From assembly GCA_030264375.1 (NCBI GenBank), contig JASCQW010000128.1:12334333-12398332 (forward strand): a stretch of DNA of 64,000 bases. The letters run 5' to 3'. This document shows positions 37,701 to 52,700 of the stretch, in pieces. The number at the start of each line of letters is the position of its first letter. The first letter of the stretch is position 1. The DNA comes from Carcharhinus longimanus. Lineage: Eukaryota. The notes beneath the pieces were generated by a model. That model saw nothing but the letters and a program-made list of their open reading frames with translations. It was not told the origin of the DNA and did no database searches. The translations under genes and the position numbers were made by a program.

Positions 37701-40700
37701 ACAGCAACTGCTATTATCCCAGTGTAGCATTTCCATCATCGTGCCCACCCCAGTCACAATCCATAGCTTTCTGATTGCACAGAGAGAAAGTGATGAATTT
37801 AAGGTGGCAAGTGATGAATCAGAAGGCAATTTTATCTTTTTTGATATGAGTGTGTGTTGATCCCTATCCGTTGGGAACAAGCAAACGATATAAAAAATAA
37901 TGTCCCTTAGGAACCTATCAGCTGGAGGTAGAGAGCTGCAGATTTTTATTCCAGCCATATTCAGAATTGTAGTCAGAAGAGATGAGGATGGTGATTTGTG
38001 AGTGATCTAAACTACAACAGCATTATCAAAGGTGAAACATGCCGAGACAGCTTGTGCTCAGCCCATATCCTATGTGTCTAATCCTTGGCCTTCGTCATTC
38101 TGTTCCAGAGCTCAGCAGCTACTCCTGGTGAAGATTCAGAGATTGATGTACCGCAGCAGCAGAGATGAGACAGACAATCAATATAGCACACTCCGAGGAT
38201 TATGGGTCTGTCTTTCTTTCGCTCTGAATAATTTATACTGTTTCATACAATCAATTTCCATTAAGTGAATAACCTATTTTGCCTCAAAACTTCTGCCATT
38301 TATCTAAATTGTTGACATTACAAAAATCTATGTATGCTTTGGTAAAATACTTAGTACGCATTGGAATACAGAGAGATAATGCATCAAAAACGTCAAATCC
38401 CTTGTTCTAATTTTATGTTTTGTCTATTTTGAATAGTTTCTAAGTTTCCATTCTGAGACAAGGGCCTTTGCTGTATTTAAGCTCAAACAGGCTGTTTTGC
38501 TTTTGAAATGAACTATAATCAAGCTCATTGAGTGATGTAAATATTGTTTCATTATTTAGAAGTGAGATGTTACAACAAAATAAGAATTTGGTAATGGAAA
38601 GGGGCCACCGAGAGCTCAGCAAAGACATCTGATTAGTTGGGTTGATCCATTTGATGGATCAACCCAACTAATTCAAATATCCTCCTACCTATTGTGTTCC
38701 TGTCCCCTGATATTTGATCTCTTAGCTGTAGAGAAAAAAATTGTCAGGTTTCTTCTTAGGCATAAAAACCTCAGTAAAATCTCAAAGACTTCCACTTTTC
38801 TAAAGAAAAGGCCAGACTCCACTTTCTCAAACTCAATTCCCATTGTAAATACCAGGGTGTGTAAAATCTTTAATAAAATGATATTAGAGAGAGTAACAAT
38901 TTAAGTAAAGTTCTCAGCTGCCAAAGTACAACACTGCTGGACACATCAGTGGCACTTGCACTGGCAATGAGAAGGTTAACAAGCCTGCATCCCTCAATAT
39001 GTTCTTTAACTGATTTGAATGGCATGGACACAAGATGGAAAATGGTTTTGAATTGTCAATAATTGACTTAATGCACACTTTCATTTGCTCAGGATTCATT
39101 AAATGGGGAATTCACTGTGTTGTATTCTGTCATTCTTTGCATTTCTATATTCTGTGGATACAGATTTTTGCTGCAATCAATTAAATAAACTATTGAATTT
39201 TTACCAAAATATTCAAAATTGTTATGGGCTGCCCTCCAGCTGTAAGCATGTAATGATGCATGCAGAATAATAGATTGGTAGGAGGGAACTACAAGGTACT
39301 TACAAAATCGAAGGATTGAAATAATGTTATAAACCATGAGAGTAAAATCAGTTTAACTTGTCCAGTGAAGCAAGGAGATTGTGCAATTTATTTAAGCCAC
39401 TGTAGAACTCCCAGGAAACAATTGACTAGATACCGTGAATAGGAACCCAGCCAGCTCACCTAATTAGCCTATTTAATGAGGTTTGTGATTTCATATTTTA
39501 CAGAGCTTTTTACAACCTGAAGAACAACAGCCCCCCATCGATCCCAAAGCACCCCGTCTCTCACGGGCAAGCATCTTCTTTGGTCAGATTTTTCAGGTNN
39601 NNNNNNNNNNNNNNNNNNNNNNNNNNNNNNNNNNNNNNNNNNNTATTGCATTTATAGTACATAAATAGACCATTTGGCCAATTGATTTTTCTTTAATTCT
39701 TTGGTCTGTTGTTGCTGACAAGACTAAGGTTTGTTGCCCATCCTGAATTGCTATTGAGAAAGTCCATGGCAGTGTTTAAGGTTCTCACAAATTATTGCCT
39801 CTCACCCCTCAGCATAATTTTCTATTCCTTTCTCCCTCACATGCTTCTCCAGTTTCCCCTTAAATGAATCAATACTATTCACCTCAACTACTCCCTCTGC
39901 TAGAAAATTCCACATTCTCACCATTATCTGCCTCAAAACAATTCTCCTGAACTCCTTGTTGAATTTATTAGTGACTGTCTTATATATTATGAAACCCCAA
40001 CGAGTAAAAACAACTTCTTTATATGTATCCTATCAAACAACTTCATAATCTTAAAATCCTCTATCAAGTCATGCCTCAACTTTTCAGAATAGAGTCCCAA
40101 TCTGTTTGATCTTTCCCAATGGATTTAACTTCGTGGCTCTGCTACCATCCTTGGAAGTCACCTTTCTCTTACAATGTTTTGTCAGCATGCCATAACGTTG
40201 CTGTGAGTTGAACTTTTTATTGTGTGTATAGCAGAAAAGTGGGTAACACAGTGGACTGCTGCATCCTGGGTGTGGGATGGTGTCACTCTTAGCTACAGTA
40301 TCTTGCATTAGAGACCATACAGGAACATTGGAACAAGGGAAGGCTATTCAGCCTGGAGCCTACTCTGCCTTATACTAAATTATGATCGTTTTGTAATTAA
40401 ATTCCATTTATTCACCTTAGCTCCATATTCCTTGATATTCTTTGTTGATTGACAAGACGATCACCTGAGGCTGCCACAGTTTCTTGTTTCTTCCAAAAGG
40501 GAGTAAATACAGAATGGTTCAAATCATTACATTCAGGCGAGAACTTAGAGTAAGTTAATCCTCGAATAGTAAAATACTGATGTTACAAATAATTAGGAAA
40601 CGGTAAAGATAAAATCACATCCCGATGAGTTAAAATGTCTTCTTTGAAATATACTTTTTCTATTGTTAATTAAATAACAAGGGTTTTGGATTTAACAGTT

Positions 40701-43700
40701 GAGGATCTACATTGCATGAACCAGCTACGGTTATGGTATCACAGTTCATACACACCAGAATGAGCTGAACAGCTTATTACACTAAACTGAAATCAAACAC
40801 GTGAGTGAAATCTCCAGGATTTAACTAAAGGTCTCTGAACAAACAGTTGTCAGTCAATCAAATTCAAAAACCCTGTGGTTAGAAAGGATTCAACAAATAT
40901 ATGTTCACATCAGATCAAAGTCTTGCAAATCCAGTAATGCTTTAGCATAGTATTATTTGATTGAAACCCGGGACAAATTCTCTGGGTTTTGACTATTTTA
41001 CTGGTTAAGCAATCTAACTCAGACCAATAGTCTGTCCTCCATTTTACATATAATTATGCTACATAGAATTTACAGCACATAAACAGGCTGTTCAAACCAA
41101 ATAATCATTGCCAGTACATATATTGCACACCACTATTTTCCCATTTTCATGTAAACTTAACAGCATACCTTCTATTCCTTGCTCCATCATGAACTAATTT
41201 AGCTTCCCCTGAAATACATATATGCTATTTACCTGAACCACTTCTTGGGAGTAGTGAGTTCCACACTCTAACCATTCTGTGTGTAATTCTGCCTTATTAG
41301 ATTTATGGTGACTATTTTATCTTTACTTTAACTTATATTTGGGACAAGGAAAATTAGCTTAATCATAACTCTACATATCTCAAAACGGAATGGCATAAAA
41401 TGGAAACACTTCCTTTATTTGACAATGGAAGAAAGTCTGCTTTTATCTCAAATGTAATGGTTGAAAGCACACCTCTTAAACAAAAAAAATTCAATCTGTC
41501 AGTTACTAACTTAAAGAATGGCATGGCAAGATTTCATGACTAAAACATTTTTCTGTAGAAATTGACTAAAGCTCTTTTGACGAAACACTTTTTTTGTAGG
41601 TAAGTTATATTTCAAAGTATAGAGAGGAACATTCTCCATTTATAGTAATCACCCTATCACACTTCCCCCGGAATTACAGTCCTATTAGTAAACAGTCCAT
41701 ATGTGCTCCCAGTATCCCCACTTCACCAAATGGTAACTTCAGTTGACCGTCTCCAGGTGCTTCCTTCTGTTTTCAGAGAGTTCCTTAAGTCTGCCACCAG
41801 CAGTAAAGCCTGTTCTGATGATTCTTTTTCTCCCCTGGCCATGCCGAGTCCAAACACCTGAAAACTTTAAATGGCTGCAGAATGTGTCTCTTAGACTAGA
41901 GACGATCCCTCCACATACAGCTCTGGTAGCTTACAAAGTCAAGCACCCATTTTTCTCTGCTGACTACACAAGGCCTCTCTGCCTGTCTTTGATATTCATT
42001 AATTTATGGGGAAGCTTGTAAGCTGATCTCAAAAATGGCTTCTACCCTCTGCCCCATTGTAATATGAAACATTGCATTGCATCTAAGTAAATATGCCAGT
42101 CAGCTACTTCTGTCACAAGTCCCTTTCACCTTAGAAGCACAACTGTTTACAATACACTATATTCAACACTTTTCTCGGACTTTGGTGGAACTCATTGTCT
42201 ACTCAAATTAAATTCAGAAATTGCTGCCATTGTTTCCAAGGATAAATAATGACACCATCTTCTCAGTAATGTAATCCATGCCTTTCTTTGATATCTTACA
42301 ATCAAACCACCCAGGCTTACTGTCAGGCAGGCTGCAGACAGGTCACATGACACTGTTCATTTGCCCCTAAATTTAAAGCTACTGGTCTAAAATATAATAA
42401 TCTTATAACGCTCATAATTGTAACACTTCCATAAGATGTGCAAAGTTACTAAAATGAGTGTCACCTGTAATAGTGCGAAGTGACAGCTTAGTTACAGGCA
42501 AAAGTTGCTAGAGCAGAACTGTGGATTGTATTTGAAAGGGCTAATTAAATTCCAGATAATTGCCTGAAGAAGGTCACTTCCTTCAGCGAATCTGAAAATA
42601 GCCATCTTGTTTCTTTTTCCAGCCAAATCCTCGTATTAGGCTTGATGAGAGGTTTTGCAGGGAAAGACAACCATAGTTTCTGGAAGAAATTTGTACTTGA
42701 ATCACTACAGGAACACTTAGCCCATTATTACCTGTTTAGTTTTCACTCTGCTATTTCTGTAGTGTTTTCATGAAAGACCACTGTGAGCCCCTGCTTAACA
42801 TAAACTTTTCAAGTACAATGTTTGCTAACAAGAGGTCAAACAGAAAGACTCGTTATTGTATTTAGCCTACTGCACATGACACTTAATCCCTCTAGACTTC
42901 AGAAAGCCTCATTAATAGATTTAGTTTAGTCCATCTGGTGTGACCATTATTGGAAAGAAACACTTTCAAATTAGACTGCATGTCTTCCCAGTGCCCTGAC
43001 CAACCCTCAGTCAATATCATTTTGAAAGTATATTATTCATCATCATCATCACATACCGTCCATAGGAGCTAGCTTTGTCCAAATTGGCTGCCATATTTCC
43101 TTTATTGCGGTCATAACTATGGACAGAATTTTATAGGCCCCAAACGGCGGGTTTGCAGGGAGGGGAGAGCCTGTAAAATTCCCAGATGATCTTCCTGCCC
43201 ATCTCTGAGCAATCTGCATGTTTACGAGGGACCATGGAGGCCCAGGGCAGATGCTTGTCCTCACACCAACTGAGGCCGCATGGGCAAGGGCCATTGCCTG
43301 CTGGCGGGGCGAGTTCAGATACAGTGGATGCCCAGCAGCTAATCCTGCTTGGGCAGGAGATGTGAGGTAGGTAGGTGCCCCCATTATTGGCTCCTTTCCA
43401 GTTTGGGCATACTCCCAAATTCTGGCCCAGAACTAGTGCTTCCTCTCTGTCTGGATTTTCATTATGATCCCCACCAGCACCACACCCATCACCCCGCCCA
43501 TTCTGTCCTCCCATCCCTGCCCTGCCATGACACTTCAGACTCACCTGGTCCTGTGGGCTTCAGTGCTTGGACTGGTGGGACTACTTATAGTCCCAGCAGT
43601 GGCCACCGCTCCCATTGGTGTTGCTGGGACAGAACATCCTCCCAAGTGAGGGGCAGAAGTCCTGCCTCCTGCCAATTAATTAAATGGCTAGCAGGGATGC

Positions 43701-46700
43701 TTTGATGAACAGGCAAATGTCTCCTGCTGACTTTTTCAGTAGCGAAGTGGGAAACTTTGCCATCCAAATAATCCCGCCCAATATTTCAGAATTAATTAAT
43801 TTGCTATAAAGTTGTTTGGGACATCCTGAAATGATGAAAGGTGTGATATAGAAACACAAATTCTTCTTCTTTCTGCCGTTTAAATGAGTGAAAAATTGCC
43901 AGTTTTATTAGATACACAAATAAAAAAACAGCTTTCTAAATACATTCCCTCTCCAATCCTTTGCTGAATAGCAACTAGGAATTCAGTGAGACTCTTGTTT
44001 GAGTCTAAAGATAAGTAACAAGTAGAACCATGATGAGTGGAGACTTGGCTTTGTTTTCCACAGACACAAATAATAGCACTTCAAAAAACAAGTAGGAAGA
44101 GATTAATCTCACTGACTCTTGCTTGCGCACACACAAACACACAACTCTTGCTGTTTTACCTCTTGCACATTCTCTCTCAAGAGGCTCTGATAGGCTGAAG
44201 CTGCACTCTGCCTGCCTTTTGTACAATTCCAGGCAGAGATCTGCATTTCTGCTTGATAGGATACGAACTCCTCACTAACTACGACTGAGTTTATTTTGCT
44301 TTCCTCTCAGATGAGGCACTCTATCATCCACTGGGACCCTATGAAATGTGACCTGGAAGATGAATATTCAAAGATGAGATTCATATCTAGATCTTCGGAT
44401 ATTGCCCTGAATGGGTTCACGTGAAAGGCTGTGCTGTACAAATGTTACCCCCAAATTGTCATCTGGTGTTTGTTTCTCAAAGTTTGTCAATAGAAGTCAG
44501 GTTAATGACAACTACTTATTTTTATGTTGCACCATTAAAACAATAAAATGAGCCAAGGAGCTTCTACAGGAGTGATATCGGACAGACTTTGACACCAGGA
44601 AGGAGAAGGCGATATTTGGGCAGGTTCCCAAATGTTTTTGCCAAAGAAGGTCATTTTTAGAAGTATCTTAAAGGAAAAAGATTGAAGCAGATGGATTGAG
44701 AAAGGAAATTCCTCAGTTTATGGCCCAAGCAATTGAAGGTGTGAACACCAGTGGAAGCCCAGAGGAAATTTTAATTGAACTGGAGGAGTGCAAAGTTCTC
44801 AGAGAGTTATAGGGCTGGAGGATGTTATAGAGAAAGAGAGGGATAAGGCCATGGAGTGGTTTAAAAACATCAATGATAGTTCTAAAATCGAGATATTGCT
44901 GGACTGGGGGCCGGGATACATCAGTGAACCCGGGTAGTGGGTGAACGGGACTTGATTACCATTCTTCAGTTTAATATGTGCTGGAGAGATCTGTCTATAG
45001 TATTAATATAACAAATACAGATCTAGAATTTGCACTGAAAATTACTGGGCCAATTTTATTAGTAATCTTTCTTTGTATGATTTGGCTTTGTAACATCTTT
45101 TTACCTTTTCTCATGACAGTTTGTTAGCAGGTCTGATAATAAGTACAAGAGAATGAACAGCAGTGAGCGCGTACGGATTGTCACCGGATCCCCATCTGGC
45201 CCAGCAAAAGCATCTTTTGAAACTCTGAAATTCTCAGCTGACAAACAAGATGGTAATAAAATGACCTGCATTTATGTAGTGCTTTTCATGACCTCAGGAT
45301 GTACCAAAGCGTTTTCCAACCAATTCAGTACTTTGTGAACTGCAGTCATTGTTGTAATGTACGAAACGTGGCTGTCGATCTGCAGGCAGCAATTAACCGG
45401 ATTGTCTGTTTTGGTGATGTCTAACTGTTAGTCAGGTACTGGCCTTCGTTCGTCCTTTGCACAGAAACCTCTATGACTCCTGTATGCAAACTAAAGGGAG
45501 GATTTTTCCTGTCCCAGCAGCTGCGGGAATCATAGTGGCAAGTTGGGAGGGGGTGGAATCGTGAAAAGTCTGTTGAGCTCGGGCGGGATATTCCAGTTTT
45601 GGGGAGGAGGGGGGCGGTGGCCAGAAAATCCCGCCCTAAGATTAATTTGTCTACCCCATTTTTTTTGTTGTCATTGTTGTTGAAGATGTGGATACAGAAA
45701 GTGACATCAAGAGGAGTTTCAGCTTGATCCCGTACAGCCTGGTTCATCCACATCACATCCAGCAGAAACGCCCTGTATTGTTCTCACCCACTGCACTGGC
45801 CAAAATGCTTGTGCAAAAGTTACTCAATTCTGGAGAAGCCATGGAGTTTGACATCTGCAAATCAGGTGAGGTTGTGTCATGTCTTGGTTGCAAATGTTTC
45901 AAGCAAACAATGAAAGATGCTCACTGGGTGACAACACTAACACTTTTACTCAGAACCGAGTAAACAGAGAAACTGTTTGCATTGACACAAAGGTCAATAA
46001 GCTAGTGACACAATTCTTCAGGTAATTTGCAAAACAAATGGTGAGCAAGACGAGGAGAAAGCTTTGTCAAACAGTGAGTTATATTCGAATCAAGGCTTAC
46101 GGGAGCTTCAGTAGTAACTTTGAAAAGGGAATTCGATATATATTTGAAAAGGAAAATTATTATATTTGGAAAGGAAAAATTTTCAGGCTATGGAGAAAGA
46201 GACTGGGGTAATGGGACTAATTATTTTTGGATTTCTGAAAGGATTATTTGAACGGAAAGGGATTTGAGAGAGACAGCACAGGTACAATAGATTGAATGGT
46301 TTCTGTGCTGGATGGTTTAAATCCAGCCATGATCGTTGGGATAAAAGTATCCTCGCTTTGTCAGCTCTGAGCTTCTTACCTGAAAGAAGTTTGTGCAATC
46401 TCAGTGTAGATCGCCGAGTACCACTTCAGGCCCCCATTAAACTCAGTGCAGTTACAGTCAGGAAAGAAGTGGGAGCACTTGGGACACACAGGAACAGTCA
46501 AGCTAGTTGTAACCATGATTTTCTTTACTTCTGTTGATCAACGCAGTGGAAAGTACAAATGAATGTTTTTACTTGCAGGAGAGTGAAACTGTGAATGAAT
46601 TGAGTCATATATTGTAAATGTAATGTTAGAAAATGACTGTCACTGTGATCCCATAGGAAGGACCAACTCATTGGTTGCATTGACTATCTTGTTGGATTGG

Positions 46701-49700
46701 CCCATGTGAAGACCAATCATATTTAATTGTAAAGATTCAGGCTTTAAGCATGAGTGAATGACCCATTCACAATCATATTTTCAGTATATTATTAAGGAAG
46801 TTTTTTTTCATCAGGATGATGAGAATTTATTTTGGCATACGATGATGGTGCATCCATGTTCTTATCTGGTCCTTTGAGGCAGTCAGCATGCCTCCTCATT
46901 GCTTAATTGAATACTGCTTGCAGGATATTTAGTTGTGGTAAGAGTGTTTATATTCTCTTGAGTTTCTGCCTTCAGGCTGTTCTACACAGAAGCATCTCCA
47001 CTCTCCTCATTCACTGCCTTTAGGCGGCTTCTTTGCGCACATAAAGACCGAACCCTCTCTATTTGGTTGGTTCGCTGCCTACAGGCCTTTTGAATCATCT
47101 GGAGGCATCAGCCTCAGACGCGTTATCAGATGTGTTAGTTTCAGTCCAGTGGAAGGATGTAACGTTCAGGTTTCTTTATAAAAATAAACAATTTTATTCT
47201 TAGTCGTGCCAAACCCCCATATCTCCTTGTGCAATTGTGGACAAAATATCCTGGACTCAAGTGTATTGTCCTATAGCTGTAATTACACTGCCTTTGATCA
47301 TTTAATATGTGATACAGTTGATCTTGTTCCTTCCATCTTCATAAATCATTCACTCTGACACTCAAAATAAATTACCAGTGAGCCTGCATACAATAGGGAT
47401 CTGGATATCAACTCCTTACTCTTTTACTGACGGGGCTATCAGTCTACCTGAATCCACCGCTGTCTTTACCAAACCAAAGTACTGCAGCTGTTGGCAATCT
47501 GACATTTTAAAAAAAAGGAACACTTAGCGGGGTGTGGAGGCAAGCTTGGTGAGAGAAGCTGAATTAACATTTCAGGTCAATAACTTTTCATTTGAATTGG
47601 GAAAAGTGAATAGATTTAACAGAACCAGGGAAAAGCAGTAAGGGTGCAAAAGAAGAACAAAGAAAAAGGTCTGGGGAAGGTAGGATTGTTGAATGACAGA
47701 AGGGATGAAGGGTACAAGCAAAGGGGAGGGGTGACAAGGACAAATAAAGAGATAAAAGATATGTCCAAAGGAGGTGTAAATGATAACAGCAGAACCATTC
47801 CCATAACACGTTGTTTGAGAAAATGGGAGCCGTAGTTATGACCTGCAGTTGTTAAGCTCAGTGTTGAACCTGGAAGGCTGTAAAATGCCTAATCGATAGA
47901 TGAAGTTCCTCAAGTTTCTATTGAGGTGCATTGGAATAGTGTAAGAGGCCAAAGAGGCCATATGAAGATGTTTGTAAATCTTTTATCCCTGAATTTCCAT
48001 CGAATTCTCCTTGTATTCAGCTGTAGTTTTGATGAGAGATCAGCAGAATCCCTGGAGAAATTGGGTACAAGGCTATTTTAAGCCTCATAATGAGTTATTT
48101 GAATTGAATAACAATGTACTTTGGAATCGTGTAATAGCAGTTGACATGAAGAGGTGCTGATTTCATTTTTAACAACTAGTTTGTTGCAGTTTTTGCTGTA
48201 GTGGCAGAGAGGTTTATTCACCGTTTCTTTGACAAGACAAAGACATCATTGACATCTACTGACGGATTCTTTGGGTTAGTTGATGAACTGTCTGAGACTT
48301 CGAAATGGAAAATGATTGCTTTCAGTTTTAAGTGGTTGCGTGGAAGCTACTTATTGAGTTCATGGCAGATTCTGGTTCATGGATAGCCCCTGAAATTTGT
48401 CTTCCTACTCGACGCTAAAAATTGTAAGACTTTGTTGTTACTTCAAAATTTGTCCCGGATAAAAACAATTGTGATCTGACACTACAGTCAAGAAATTTTA
48501 AACCAAAATATAAAGACTCCTAAAGCAAATTTCCATCAATTTTATTGATATATTGGCCAGTATTTTCTTAAAAATAGGCAGAGTGGTGCAGCGGGTGGGA
48601 GAAAAAAGCAAGGAAACCATCAGCCCCCAAAGGTGGCTTTTCCCACAACGTTCAGCTCATATTTGGAAAGAAATTATGGGGTGGTGGTGCCTGCCCCACT
48701 AGCGACTTCAGTTTTAAAAGAGGTGTTCCAGTACATGAATTTAAAAATAAAAACCCCCATTTCAGCTCAACATGACTGTTTATGAGAATCCCTCGGCTGA
48801 GAAAGTGTCTAGCTGGTATCATCAAGGCTTGCATTGTGGAATATTATTATTGGCACAGATGCTGGTGATAAGAATTGGGAAAATCAGCCTAGGTTTGCAT
48901 CCCTGATCACCATCAGTAACCATGTTAGAAAGAGCATGTATATGCAGGTAGCATTTGAGGTTGTGATTGTTCTGTTGATGCCAGGCTCAGCGTATGAGTA
49001 AGATGCACGAGAGCAGCTTTGACGCTTTCAGCATCATTTTCTCATGCAGTTCCTTGGATCGAGATTGTTTAGTTTCCACTCATGTTCCAAGACTTTTGAG
49101 ATGACTGATAAGTCCAATGCAGACTCTGTGGGTATAATTTTCCCTTTCTGCCCACCACGGGAATCATAGCATGCGGGTGGAGGCGGTGGGGCATGCAAAG
49201 ATCCATTGATCTCGGGCAGGATTATCCAGTCTTGGGGTGAACATGGCCAGAAAATCCTACGCATTGCAGGTGGTATTTGAAGGATTGGGTTGTTTCAAGG
49301 TTTGTGCAATCCCCCAACTTCATCTCTGCACATTCCTGACAAAGTTTCTTGACGTGCTTGGTGCCCCTCCAGACGAGCCATTTTACTCTATCACAAGTCA
49401 GGGGACTCCAGTGAGTCAGCAGGGATGCTTTGAGGACATCCCTAAAGAGTTTCCACTGTCGTCCTCGGAGTCTCGTGCCGTGACAAAGTTCCAAGTAGAG
49501 CAGTTGCTTCAGAAGCCTGGTTTCAGGCTACATTATACTCCAATGTGAGCCATCAACTTCAGGGAACAAGGGGGAGAAAATTGGGGAGGGAGAGAGGGAG
49601 TTTACAATAAACACCCATGGAATCATTGTTCAAACAAGAATGGCTTGGATTATTTTATTAATTTCAATATTTGCCCTGTAGATATTTTAAACAAAGAAGA

Positions 49701-52700
49701 ATATTTACAGAAACAGAGGTCTGAACCAATTATCTTCTCCAGAGAAAAACATTTAAACACCTTTGAATGTGTCATGCCTGCTAACATCAAAGCTGTAACT
49801 GCCAAGGTAAAAACTTTCCCTTTTAATATCTTGTTATATTTGTTATAGATGTGGCAAATGAAAGTGTTTGTTTTGCAATGGCAAGAGCCCCCGGCCTACT
49901 GCCAAGAATTGTTACTGGAATAAAACTGCTTATATTTATATTGTGCCTTTAAAATGATAAGAAGTTCCATGGCGCCTTACGAGAGCGTTACCAAACAGAA
50001 GTAGACATCAACCACATTAGGAGATGTTTGGAAAGATAACCAAAACTTGAGTACTGCTGAAAAAGACATTTTGTTGAAACTTTTCATCTTGCACTCGTCA
50101 GGACAATTGCAAGAAGTCGTAATGTTCATTTGGAGAGCTCATGCAAACATGATGGGTCAAATGACCTCCTTCTGCATTGTTACAATTTTGTGATTTTCAT
50201 TACTGACCAAGGCAGCTCTTCCAGTATTCTTTGAAAGGTCCTTTACTCAACTGTCTAAACTGACTTCAGAGCAAAGGCAACCTCTGACAACTCTTTGGTC
50301 CTTAAATCTCTACAAGTCCTCACTCTTCAAACAGGGAATGTGTTCTCATTTGCATCTTGCTTGCTGGTTAACAAAAAACAATATTCTCTTCTGCTTTTTA
50401 ACAATATTTATTGTCACAAATAGGCTTGCATTAACAAAGCAATGAAGTGATTGTGAAAAATTCCCCAGTTGCCACACTCCGGCACCTGTTTGGGTACACT
50501 GAGAGGAATTTAGCACGGCCAATGCACCTAACCAGCATGTCTTGTGGAATGTGGAAAGAAACCGGAGCACTCGGAGGAAACCATGCAGACACGGGGAGAA
50601 CGTGCAGACTCCACACAAACAGTGACACAAACTGGGGATTGAAACCGGGTCCCTGGCACTGTGAGGCAGCACTGCTAACCATTGTGCCACCGTTGGCACA
50701 GCCGCAGTTTTTTTCTTTCCCTCTCTGGATTTCGGTGTCCAGAACGACTAACTGCCCTCCTTTGCGTCAAGATTAATTTCTACAGATTTTGGCCTGGGCC
50801 TTTTTCTCCAAATCTCATTGTCTGAAGCAGAGCTCAATATGCTTTTACTGTCTCCCATTTTAGGACATTCTAATCTACGATAAATGAAGGGAAACAGTTT
50901 GAAACATAACTGCCTACTCACAACTTACGTTCATAACACTGTGCCTTTAGCTAGCTAAGCCTCACGCTCTTTCAATTCACTAGTTAAACCCCTCCATTTC
51001 TCCACCTCCCTCTCCTCTAAGTCCTTCTCAAAGGCCAGCCCTTTCAAATAGCTTTTGGTTGCTCTAATGTCTCCTCCTTGGTGAGGTGTCCATTTTGTTC
51101 CTTACATCTTGAAAGCACTTTGGGATTGGTCTTTTCAATGTTAAAGGCCCTCTATCTTGCAAGTTGTTGTTGCTGCACAATTTTGTTGCACATGATCATT
51201 AAAAAACGGTTGCTACAATTATTGAGATAATTGAAATTAGTAGTGGGGAATTCAATATTTTACCCTTAAAGGGCAGCAATCACATCTGTATTTGGGATAA
51301 ATGGTATACCATGCTTGGATGAAATTTATTTTTTCATTGTTCTGATGCATCTATCAAGCTGATGAGAATGGTGACCAGAAGAATAAATCTGTCAGCCCAT
51401 TTTAGTTGGTAGCACCCTCAAACCTGAGTCAGAAGGTTATGGCTTCTATTCTGAAATCTGAGCCTTATGATGGAGTACCGCACAAATGAGGATGATATAC
51501 TTTGATGAGACATTCTATAAGAGTCCTGCCATGGCTGAATTTTCTGATGGAGATGCCATGCCTTTCTATTGAAAGAACAGCAAGTTCTCCAGGTTTCTGG
51601 ACTGGAACTCTTCCCTCACACCAATGAACAAATCATTCACTTGTTGCTGCTGGGGGGATCTTGTTGTGCAGTCAGCTCTACCATATTCACCGACATAACT
51701 TGTGCCAAATTGATTGTGCTTTGAGGCAGGTAACATGCTTTAAGAAATGCAAGTTACCAATGGATCAAAGATGGAGTTGATGTGGAATCTCAAAGAAATG
51801 CAAGAAAATATTTCTCCAGGGATAAAGATAGCATGAATAGCTTTACTGATTTTTTTTTACTGAATACTGATTTACCCACTCCACCACCCCATTGATATAC
51901 AGCTATTTTTTTCTTCTGTCATTATAGTAGAATTAACTTAAGTAAACAATGATTTTAAATCTAGATGTAATGCTGAATTTTTACAGGAATTTTTACATTC
52001 CTTTTACATCAGTAGATGTAAGTGCAGTCATTCAGCAGAAGCATGGATCAGCAGAATTGAAAAGATTTCTGTTCCTCTCCCTCTCCTCTGCCCATCAAGT
52101 TAGAGTGAAAAGTGGCTCCAATTCCCTGTAATTTCAGCTATTGCTCAATTTGAAAATGTTTTGTGCTGTCAGTTTGTGTCCAGGGGCTGTTGGGAATGAG
52201 CCAGTGCAAACTCGCCTAAATCTTTAATCGATGACTGTTTATTTCAGCCGATTCTGATCACAATGATAAAAGGAAGGGATGCAAGTCAAGGAGTCCCAAG
52301 TGCATTAACTTCTTAATCAAATGTCAGGTTCAATCAATTAGCATCCATTATCTGTGTTAAGGTTTAATTTCCGTAAGCATCAATTTTGAGGTCTATCAAA
52401 ATGGCTGCCAGCAGTGTGATTTTCAATCAACAAGTTTGGCATGGGGCGGTTGTGGGGGGAGCACTCCAATTAAAACTCTCTTTTTCATCCTGAAATTGAA
52501 TTTGTAGGACTAAACTCTCAGTAAAATTTAGACTTTTCTGAAAATTAAACCTCCATTTAGTTTTACAACTAACAGCATATTTTTGTTTACTGAAATATGG
52601 TGAAACATAGGATAGTCTGGATCAAATAAATTTATTTGCGAGGAAAAGATCATTAGAATGGAAATTGCCTGAGATATGTATATTTTGAAACAAAACTAGC

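Noticed and set aside
38206-38268. Read-through of the weak GTCTGT donor giving a truncated protein
   Set aside because: Exon length and phase fit normal splicing, and nothing else in the sequence supports intron retention.
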